This document shows positions 7,209 to 13,716 of a stretch of DNA of 18,782 bases, in pieces. Positions within the stretch are counted from its first letter, which is position 1. Every line of letters begins with the position of its first letter. The notes beneath the pieces are model-generated. The model saw only the letters and a list, made by a program, of their open reading frames with translations, searched no databases and was not told the DNA's origin. This DNA is from Kiritimatiellia bacterium (lineage in GTDB: Bacteria; Verrucomicrobiota; Kiritimatiellia; UBA8416; JADHWI01), in NCBI GenBank assembly GCA_030744755.1, contig JASLPY010000088.1, positions 1 to 18,782 on the forward strand. The letters are read 5' to 3'. The position numbers and the translations under genes were made by a program.

Positions 7209-7915
7209 CCACCTCCTCCTTTCATTACGTATGGCAGAACATCGATAAGAACGAACTCGAAGAAGTTGTGGTCGAGGGCGTTGGGACGCATGAACTCCAC
7301 CTCGAAGAATGGGCTCCCAACGAACGGCCGGAGAATCCACGAAAGCTGGCAGCCAACGAGAGCAAATGCGGCTATCCAGCCCCAGTAAATCGCGGTTGCC
7401 GGGCAGGTGGGTGCAACTACTTCGCCCAGTCCACGTCGAAGAGCCGAGTTCCCTGCAACTCCCGCGAAGGCGATCAGGAGAATGTGCATGAGAAGCAGGT
7501 AGTTGTGGGTCAGACGTTGCTCGGCCATGGTGCCTTCGCAGGAGGCGACCCCGTAGGTGAAGAACAGCGTAATCGGTACGAGGCTCAGCAGTACCCAGCA
7601 AGCAATGCCCATGGCGCTATAGGTAACGGCAACAACCTGCCTGAAAGTCATGCCGCTTGTCGCCACGGTCGCAACAATCCAGTTGAGCAGCATCACCAGG
7701 GTTGTCGTTCCAATAAGAAGTGCCGGAAGTTTGACCGCGACATACAACGAAAGCCGGGGGGAGCGCCAGCCGGCGAGAACGATTCCATAAAGAGAGCTTG
7801 CGGCGATTATGAAAACAAAAAGGGACACCACAAGACGGCCGATCTGTTTCTCCGAACAGATTCTCCGCCACAGCAGTGAATGCGAACGAAGTAGAATCAT
7901 AGGTGAGTCAATCAC
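7205..7915 (-). CDS. Polytopic membrane protein (6+ TM), unknown function; first gene of the PEP-CTERM operon
   Basis: The start is GTG at 7915 (AAGGGAG ~10 nt upstream) or ATG at 7900. It is hydrophobic throughout. Cys126 and the NSALRR region are of the kind conserved in exosortases but are not a match. Confidence 0.55.
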   Translation of the reverse strand: MIDSPMILLRSHSLLWRRICSEKQIGRLVVSLFVFIIAASSLYGIVLAGWRSPRLSLYVAVKLPALLIGTTTLVMLLNWIVATVATSGMTFRQVVAVTYSAMGIACWVLLSLVPITLFFTYGVASCEGTMAEQRLTHNYLLLMHILLIAFAGVAGNSALRRGLGEVVAPTCPATAIYWGWIAAFALVGCQLSWILRPFVGSPFFEVEFMRPNALDHNFFEFVLIDVLPYVMKGGGG

Positions 7916-8021
7916 GCGAACGATCTCCCTTTACCCATGTACATAAAGATCCGTGGGGGAAAGTTACAAAAAAAGAACGGGGTGTGAGTATGTGCTCCCT
8001 GTACCCCCTGTTGTCTTGGAC

Positions 8022-8081
8022 GGCGGAGGCCCGCCGCGCTCCACGCTGGCGCACTCTTCTGGAGCGCGGCGGGCCTCCGCC
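8022..8081. promoter_or_regulatory. Perfect 22-bp-stem hairpin (GGCGGAGGCCCGCCGCGCTCCA / TGGAGCGCGGCGGGCCTCCGCC, 16-nt loop) in the divergent intergenic region and 5' leader of the ECF sigma gene
   Basis: The perfect inverted repeat is read directly. It lies ~70 bp upstream of the most likely sigma start and inside the over-extended ORF 7953..8924. Confidence 0.5.
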
Positions 8082-8153
8082 GCATCTCAGCTGGAAGAAT
8101 GCTCGAGAGCCGCCCTCTTGAAGCCGAACACGCTATCTGCAATAATCGGGACC

Positions 8154-8924
8154 GTGAACGACTCGACAGACAGAGGTGCGCATTTTGACGGGCCAGGCGC
8201 TTTCGCAGGCACCCGGTGGAGTGTTGTCGTCAAGGCGCGTTCGAAAGATTTGAGTATAGCCCGGAAAGCTCTTTCGGAGCTCTGCTCGATCTACTGGTAC
8301 CCCCTCTACGCTTTCGCGCGGCGGAGCGGTTGCAATCACCATGAAGCCGAGGACATAACCCAGGGACTTTTTCTTCACCTGATAAGCAAAGACGGGTTGA
8401 GTTCCGTGGATCCTCGAAAGGGCAAGTTCCGATCGTTCCTGCTGATTGCCATGAAGCATTTCATGGCCAACGAGTGGCATCGTTCGCAAGCCCAGAAACG
8501 CGGCGGCGGAAAGACGATTGTGTCTATCGATATGGGTGAGGGAGAAGGGCGCTATGAAAGCGAACCCGTTGATGCCGTGACGCCGGAGTCCCTCTACGAC
8601 CGGGGGTGGGCAATGACTGTGCTGCAGACATGCGTAGATGACTTGGAAGAAGAGTATTGTGCAAAAGGGAAACGAGAAGCCTTCAATCTTCTCAAGGGCA
8701 GGATTATTGAAGAAACACGTTCCGAACCATATTCCGTGCTGGCTGAGAAGCTGAACATGACCGAGGGGAATGTGAAGGTATCAATCCATCGGCTCCGCAG
8801 GCGGTTCGGGGAAATCCTTCGCGATCATGTTGCGCAAACGGTTGAATCGGCAGCGGATGTTGATGAAGAATTGAGATACCTGATATCCTGTTTCGGTGGT
8901 GGTGTGGAGAATACTGCTGGGTAG
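8154..8924 (+). CDS. ECF-type RNA polymerase sigma factor of the Ser/Thr-kinase-associated group (TRWS N-terminal motif)
   Basis: The ORF opens at GTG 7953, but the conserved N-terminus (GTRWSVVVKARSKD...) lies ~20 aa after the in-frame GTG at 8154 (alternatively TTG 8118). Sigma region 2 (LYAFARRSGCNHHEAEDITQGLF) and region 4 (PYSVLAEKLNMTEGNVKVSIHRLRRRF) are present. A kinase gene lies immediately downstream. Confidence 0.75.
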   Translation: MNDSTDRGAHFDGPGAFAGTRWSVVVKARSKDLSIARKALSELCSIYWYPLYAFARRSGCNHHEAEDITQGLFLHLISKDGLSSVDPRKGKFRSFLLIAMKHFMANEWHRSQAQKRGGGKTIVSIDMGEGEGRYESEPVDAVTPESLYDRGWAMTVLQTCVDDLEEEYCAKGKREAFNLLKGRIIEETRSEPYSVLAEKLNMTEGNVKVSIHRLRRRFGEILRDHVAQTVESAADVDEELRYLISCFGGGVENTAG

Positions 8925-8998
8925 AGTACAGAATCTCCAGGTCTGTTAGGCCCGGGCTCAAGGCGAAAGGATTCAGTAAGAGACTGAGTAGAGAGCTT

Positions 8999-9077
8999 GT
9001 CATCCTGAGCGAAGCGGAGCGTAGTCGAAGGATCTAAGCCGTGTGATAGGCCGTGAGATCCCTCGACAGGCTCGGGA
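8999..9077 (+). promoter_or_regulatory. Long imperfect nested hairpin in the kinase 5' leader (GTCATCCTGAGC...GCTCGGGATGAC outer stem; GTCGAAGGATC...GATCCCTCGAC inner stem)
   Basis: Nested inverted repeats are read from the sequence ~90 bp upstream of ATG 9169. Confidence 0.3.
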
Positions 9078-9168
9078 TGACATTAACTAGACATTGTCTG
9101 AAGGAAACGCATGGGATACGGTGACCCTTCGCGGTGATGATCTAGAACGGGAGCGTTGATTAGACAGC

Positions 9169-11295
9169 ATGCCCACCGAACGCACATGTGACGAATGCGG
9201 CAGTGTCGTGCCGGACAGTGCTCCCATGGGGTTGTGCCCGCAGTGCCTTCTAGGGTGCGGGTTGGGCGCGCAGGATCGGTCTACGACTGGTGGTTTCGAG
9301 ACTCCCAGCCTTTCTGTTATGCGGGAACGCTTTCCCGGGTATGAGATCCTGGAGCTCCTGGGACGTGGCGGGATGGGTATTGTCTACAAGGCTCGGCAGT
9401 CGAGGCTGGAACGTCTTGTCGCTATCAAGATCATACCCTTCAAAAAGGACATGGATGTAGAGGCGTCAGAACGATTCCTGCGCGAGGCCAAGACTCTTGC
9501 CAGTCTCAATCATCCCAACATCATCACCGTCTACGATTTCGGTGAAATTGACGGCCTGTGCTACTTCGTTATGGAGTTCGTTGAAGGATGCAACCTGTGG
9601 GAGCTTCTCTCTGCCCGGTCCATCAGCCCATACGACGCCATGAACATAACGTTGGGAGTCTGCAATGGACTGCAACACGCTCACGATCGAGGCGTTGTTC
9701 ACCGGGACATCAAGCCGGCGAATATCCTCATCGACAAATCGGGTGTCCCCAAAATCGCGGATTTCGGATTAGCCAAGATTCTTGCCTGCGCTCCGGGCGC
9801 ACCGTTGCTTACGGCATCGGGACAATCCATGGGAACCCCATTCTACATGGCGCCAGAACAGCGTGACCAGTCCGTTGAGGTCGATCAGCGGGCGGACGTT
9901 TACGCGCTCGGAGTAATAATGTACGAAATGCTCACGGCCCAACTGCCTGCCGGGAACGTGAAGCCACCGTCGACCCTGGCGCAGGTGCCGCGCGGCCTGG
10001 ACCATGTTGTACTCAAGGCAATGGAGCCCAATCCAGACCACCGCTACCAGCGGGCGGATGGAATTGTGTCCGACATCGAGGCACTTGCGTCCGCGGGTGT
10101 CATTCCGGGAACCGGGGGACGGAAGCCGTCCCGCTTCAGCCCGGTCATATTGACCGTCATAGTTTCAGCGGCTGTTCTCGCCGCGTTGTTCGGCGGTGCG
10201 CGCTTTCTCTCAAAGGAACCTCCTCCCCAAGACGTGATCGTCTTCGGCAACCATTTCTACAAAGTGTTCTATGAAAACACGACATGGCACGATGCGCGAA
10301 GGCGATGCGAAAGGATGGGGGGGCGCCTGGCGATCGTCGAGAGCAAGGCCGAAGACGAATTCCTCGCGGCAATATCCCGGAGCCACGTCTGGATTGGGGC
10401 CACGGATGAGGACGAAGAGGGACAATGGAAATGGCTGGATGGATCGGAACTGGCGTATTCTAACTGGGATGCCGACGAGCCGAACAACGCTCCGGGCCGT
10501 GCTGCCGGAACGTACGAAGACTACCTGATGATCTCGAAATATGCGAAATGGAATGATCTGTCGCTTGACTCGGAGATCATCAAGGGTTTCATATGCGAGT
10601 GGGACGCATCAAGCCATCCGGGGCCTGCGAGGGTAAGAACTCCTGAACAGCTCCACAAGGCCTTCGCGGAAGCCAACCCTTACTACAGCAACAAGGCCGG
10701 GATCTCGGTTGTCGATGGAAACATCGTCGGTGTCAGCATTGTTCACGCCGGTGTTGTCGACTTGTCTCCGCTTCGGGGACTCTCCCTGCGCACGGCCGAC
10801 ATAAGCTGGTCGGATGTAACCGACCTGTCCCCGATCGAGAATGCTCCACTCTCCGAGCTGAAGATGAGCCGGAGCAAAGTCACGGATTTGTCGGCACTTG
10901 CCGGCATGCAACTCGTGTCTTTGAGAATTGACGGAACAGGGGTGCATGATCTTATCCCGCTTAAAGGGATGCCACTGACTTACCTGGATATCAGTCATAC
11001 CAGGGTTACTGATCTCAGCCCGCTCGCCGGAATGCCGCTGAAAGAACTGCATATGAATTGCGCCAGAGTTTCCGATCTATCTCCAGTGAGCGGTCTGCCG
11101 CTCACCAAGATAGGGTTGCTGGACAGCCCCGCCGGGGACCTGTCTCCTCTGGGTGAATGCAAACTCCTGGAATCGGCGAATGTCCCGGAAAACGCCACGG
11201 GTATCGAGTGCCTCAGGGAGCTGCCGCTGCTGGAACGGTTAAACGGGAAAACGGTTGAGGAGTTCTGGAAAGAATGGGAAGAGCGCGCTGAATAG
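9169..11295 (+). CDS. Transmembrane Ser/Thr protein kinase with an N-terminal Cys4 zinc-ribbon, extracellular C-type lectin domain and leucine-rich repeats
   Basis: Zinc ribbon: CDECG...CPQC. Hanks kinase motifs: GRGGMGIVYKA, VAIKII, HRDIKPANILID, DFGLAK, YMAPE. TM helix: VILTVIVSAAVLAALFGGA. C-type lectin domain: WHDARRRCERMGGRLAIVES...WIGATDEDEEGQWKWLDGSEL..DEPNN...WNDLSL..CEW, carrying EPN and WND sugar/Ca2+-site motifs. At least six ~22-aa LRRs follow (xVTDLSPLxGMPL...). Confidence 0.9.
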   Translation: MPTERTCDECGSVVPDSAPMGLCPQCLLGCGLGAQDRSTTGGFETPSLSVMRERFPGYEILELLGRGGMGIVYKARQSRLERLVAIKIIPFKKDMDVEASERFLREAKTLASLNHPNIITVYDFGEIDGLCYFVMEFVEGCNLWELLSARSISPYDAMNITLGVCNGLQHAHDRGVVHRDIKPANILIDKSGVPKIADFGLAKILACAPGAPLLTASGQSMGTPFYMAPEQRDQSVEVDQRADVYALGVIMYEMLTAQLPAGNVKPPSTLAQVPRGLDHVVLKAMEPNPDHRYQRADGIVSDIEALASAGVIPGTGGRKPSRFSPVILTVIVSAAVLAALFGGARFLSKEPPPQDVIVFGNHFYKVFYENTTWHDARRRCERMGGRLAIVESKAEDEFLAAISRSHVWIGATDEDEEGQWKWLDGSELAYSNWDADEPNNAPGRAAGTYEDYLMISKYAKWNDLSLDSEIIKGFICEWDASSHPGPARVRTPEQLHKAFAEANPYYSNKAGISVVDGNIVGVSIVHAGVVDLSPLRGLSLRTADISWSDVTDLSPIENAPLSELKMSRSKVTDLSALAGMQLVSLRIDGTGVHDLIPLKGMPLTYLDISHTRVTDLSPLAGMPLKELHMNCARVSDLSPVSGLPLTKIGLLDSPAGDLSPLGECKLLESANVPENATGIECLRELPLLERLNGKTVEEFWKEWEERAE

Positions 11296-11402
11296 CACCC
11301 TGGGTGCAGGAAAAGGCCTCAGAGCCATCTGCGTTGTGAAACAGATCAACGGGGGCAGGGTGAAACGGGGGCACGAGGTTTTGTTTACCCCACAGCATAA
11401 GG

Positions 11403-11533
11403 GGTTAGGCGCTAGGTGTTAGTAGCTAGGATTCTGGGACAGCGCAAATCGACCCCACCGTTTTGAGTGGGATACGAGGCCGGCATCGCTACGCGCACGG
11501 CGGACCTTTCCCGCTAACGCCTAGCGCCTAACC
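11403..11533. repeat. MITE-like segment bounded by ~21-bp inverted repeats (GGTTAGGCGCTAGGTGTTAG / CTAACGCCTAGCGCCTAACC)
   Basis: The IR arms (11403-11423 and 11513-11533) match at ~20 of 21 positions. A ~90 bp interior separates them and extra GGTTAG/CTAACC half-sites are present. The region is non-coding. Confidence 0.4.
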
Positions 11534-11543
11534 ACTAACCACT

Positions 11544-11570
11544 GCGTTCTGCGCTCACAGCGCAGAACGC
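11544..11570 (+). terminator. Perfect 12-bp stem hairpin GCGTTCTGCGCT-CAC-AGCGCAGAACGC followed by a TCAGTTTTCAGTTTG tract
   Basis: It is read directly. It may terminate an upstream transcript or an sRNA lying within 11300-11575. Confidence 0.45.
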
Positions 11571-11587
11571 TCACCTCAGTTTTCAGT

Positions 11588-11616
11588 TTGACACAATCTT
11601 AGACAAGTGCCACAAT
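11588..11616 (+). promoter_or_regulatory. Candidate promoter TTGACA, 17 nt, CACAAT upstream of gene 11720
   Basis: A perfect -35 hexamer with 17-nt spacing is paired with a weak -10. It lies ~100 bp upstream of the start codon. Confidence 0.3.
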
Positions 11617-11719
11617 AGCCATGTTGGCAAAGGCGCTATTGCCATTGGTATGGTATCCCTGATTCATCGGTATTGCTGGTGTTTAGCAACACGTCTTGCA
11701 ATTCGTAAGGAGGGGTACC

Positions 11720-12826
11720 ATGAACAAGCTGTTCACATTCCTCGCCGCGGTCACGCTCGTTCTCGCGAGCACGGCCCTGGCCCTTGGTATTCTCCTGTTC
11801 GAGAAGCGTGAGATCCTTAAAGGCCGCGCCCAGAAGCTCGAACAGACGATTATCCAACTCGGAGCTACTATCGAGGCAGAAAGTGTTGTTCTCGATGAGA
11901 AGCCTGTCTATCCCGAGCGCGATGTCGATGATGTCTCGGATCACCTCATAGAAGACCCCGCGATGGGCGAGTATTGGGAGACGTTCTCTCCCGAGCTGGA
12001 GGTGGGATCCACGGAGACCCTTGACATCGGCCGTAAGCAGGATCAACTCATGACCTACTACATGAGAGATCCCGGCACACTCAAGCCACTGGTTGACCCC
12101 CGTACCGGCATGAAGGTTACAGAGGGTCCGGGTACCATGCAGGAAGTACTCGATGTTGTCGTCTCGAAATCGGCGGAGCAGCTTGACCGCCTCAACGATA
12201 CCCGCGCACAGCTCATCGATATGCGGGGGGAACTCGTAGGTACCATTACTGGTCTTAACAGAACGAAGAACGATCTGCGCCAGGCCTATGTCGACATAAG
12301 TGCTCGCAACAGCACCATTGCCGGACTAAACGAAGATGTCCGTCAGCGTGATGAAACGATAGGAGAGTGCAAGAAGGAGATGATTGCCCTCAACGACACA
12401 ATCCATGAACGTGACATCATAATCGAGGATAAGGATGGTGAGCTCTTCAGACTGAAGAAGGACAATGAGGCCCAGGAAGACAGGATCGCCTTCCTGGAGG
12501 GCCGGGGCAAGGGGGTGGATCCCAACACGTGGTTTGGCCTGACCAGGGGTTACAAGGGGAATGTTGCATCGGTGGATGAGCACTGGCAGTTCGTCGTATT
12601 GCAATTGACGGACGAGTTTCTTGCGCAGTACAGGTATGCCCTGGAGAAGGGTAAGATCATTCCTGAGCCGGATCTGTACGTGGGGCGCAAGAAGAATGGT
12701 GACGAGGAGTTCGTAACGAAGGTTCGCCTAAGCCACGTTGACCCCAACAAGAGGCTCGGCGTAGCCAATGTTCTGAGTGGCTGGCGGCAATTGAACGTCC
12801 GCAAAGGTGACCGGGTCTACTATTGA
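11720..12826 (+). CDS. Membrane-anchored coiled-coil protein, function unknown
   Basis: The start is ATG 11720 (TAAGGAGGGG RBS); the ORF track opens at an upstream TTG. It has a signal-anchor (LFTFLAAVTLVLASTALALGILLF) and a long heptad-like region (RNSTIAGLNEDVRQRDETIGECKKEMIALNDTIHERD...). Confidence 0.7.
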   Translation: MNKLFTFLAAVTLVLASTALALGILLFEKREILKGRAQKLEQTIIQLGATIEAESVVLDEKPVYPERDVDDVSDHLIEDPAMGEYWETFSPELEVGSTETLDIGRKQDQLMTYYMRDPGTLKPLVDPRTGMKVTEGPGTMQEVLDVVVSKSAEQLDRLNDTRAQLIDMRGELVGTITGLNRTKNDLRQAYVDISARNSTIAGLNEDVRQRDETIGECKKEMIALNDTIHERDIIIEDKDGELFRLKKDNEAQEDRIAFLEGRGKGVDPNTWFGLTRGYKGNVASVDEHWQFVVLQLTDEFLAQYRYALEKGKIIPEPDLYVGRKKNGDEEFVTKVRLSHVDPNKRLGVANVLSGWRQLNVRKGDRVYY

Positions 12827-12883
12827 GTTGAGGTAGCAATCCACATCGCGGATTCCATCTGTTGGAGTTGGTGGTATTCCTTT

Positions 12884-12933
12884 GGAGGGACGCGGGCCTC
12901 CGCGTCCGGGGTCACGGAGGCCCGTGACCCTCC
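12884..12933. terminator. Compound GC-rich twin hairpin (GGACGCGG-GCCT-CCGCGTCC and GGGTCACGG-AGGC-CCGTGACCC nested in GGAGG...CCTCC) between convergent genes; likely a bidirectional terminator
   Basis: It is read directly. It lies between the stop at 12824-12826 (+) and the stop at 12983-12985 (-). Confidence 0.55.
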
Positions 12934-12982
12934 ATCCAATGGATTTGCATTCAGCTTACGGTAAACCTGGTGCCTCTTCCGG

Positions 12983-13579
12983 CTATGCATCAATTTTCAG
13001 TATCATGCCTATACACAGTGCGGATGCCATCAGGAGTTGGCGTGTTGTTCCGCCGGGGGGGACCGCTTCGTCAATCTCCAGTACGTAATCCGAGCCGCTT
13101 GCGAAGAGTTCTTTTCCCACGCCTGCCCATTTTTTTCGCACACGCGCAAGCTCCACCTCGTCGGGTGACAGAAAGCGGTAGTTCCACCCTGTGAGTCCTC
13201 CCTTGAGTTCGCAGACGGGTTCACCCGTGGCATCAAGTACGTCGAATATACCGCTGATTGAGAAAGGCCTCAGGGAGAATCCCCCAACAGCTATGTCGCT
13301 CTCGTCGTAGACGTGAACCCGGGATACCATGAAAGAGAGTCCTCGTTTTAACCTGATGACCGGCTCGCCCTGGGCATCGGCGACAAGGAAGTCAAAAGGT
13401 GTTATCCTGCGCAGATCGGAGAACCGGAAGAACTTTGTCAGGGGGCCGATGTGTTGCTCGCGACATGTCATCAGGACGTCACCTGTTTCGGGATCGAGTA
13501 TGTCGTAGCTGAAAGATGCCTTTATAAGGCTTGTCGTTTCACGCACGAAGTACCGGTTTTTGTCCAGGACACCTTTCAT
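12983..13579 (-). CDS. Scramblase / LURP1-like tubby-fold protein with a C-terminal hydrophobic helix
   Basis: It is 198 aa with a predicted beta-rich body and a terminal hydrophobic segment (LLMASALCIGMILKI), as in the PLSCR/PF03803-PF04525 families. RBS: AAGGAAGAAATTCT-ATG. Confidence 0.45.
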   Translation of the reverse strand: MKGVLDKNRYFVRETTSLIKASFSYDILDPETGDVLMTCREQHIGPLTKFFRFSDLRRITPFDFLVADAQGEPVIRLKRGLSFMVSRVHVYDESDIAVGGFSLRPFSISGIFDVLDATGEPVCELKGGLTGWNYRFLSPDEVELARVRKKWAGVGKELFASGSDYVLEIDEAVPPGGTTRQLLMASALCIGMILKIDA

Positions 13580-13609
13580 AGAATTTCTTCCTTTTCTTTC
13601 AGGAACCTT

Positions 13610-13643
13610 TTCAACCGTGGATTACGCGGATACAGATTGTTGC
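13610..13643. repeat. Copy 2 of the repeated motif (TTCAACCGTGGATTACGCGGATACAGATTGTTGC)
   Basis: See 401-442. A tandem TCTGATAG(A/T)AAC direct repeat sits nearby at 13693-13716. Confidence 0.45.
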
Positions 13644-13716
13644 TGCACAGCAGACTTTCCTATACCCGTGCCCGTCCGCGGTTAATCCCTATTCTGATAG
13701 AACTTCTGATAGTAAC

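Noticed and set aside
6438-7601. The 387-aa version of the membrane protein gene (start 7601) and the 849-aa version of the PEP-CTERM gene (start 6540)
   Set aside because: Both extensions overlap the upstream genes in other frames and have non-protein-like Arg/Pro-rich translations. Internal ATGs at 7208 and 6438 have strong RBSs and give overlapping stop/start coupling.
7953-8153. The N-terminal 67 codons of ORF 7953..8924 as part of the sigma factor
   Set aside because: The conserved TRWS N-terminus of this ECF group lies ~20 aa after GTG 8154, and the extension is occupied by a perfect 22-bp-stem hairpin. It is more likely leader/regulatory DNA.
11396-11580. Possible tRNA or other structured RNA gene in the IR-rich intergenic region
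   Set aside because: There is no cloverleaf, no T-loop (GGTTCGAATCC-like) or anticodon-arm signature. It is kept only as an IR/sRNA candidate in the findings.
401-13643. Calling the 13 kb between the two repeat copies an integrated mobile element or prophage
   Set aside because: No integrase, transposase, tRNA attachment site or phage structural genes are present. Only two phage-type HTH regulators and one repeat pair are seen, so it is reported as a hypothesis to test rather than as a feature.
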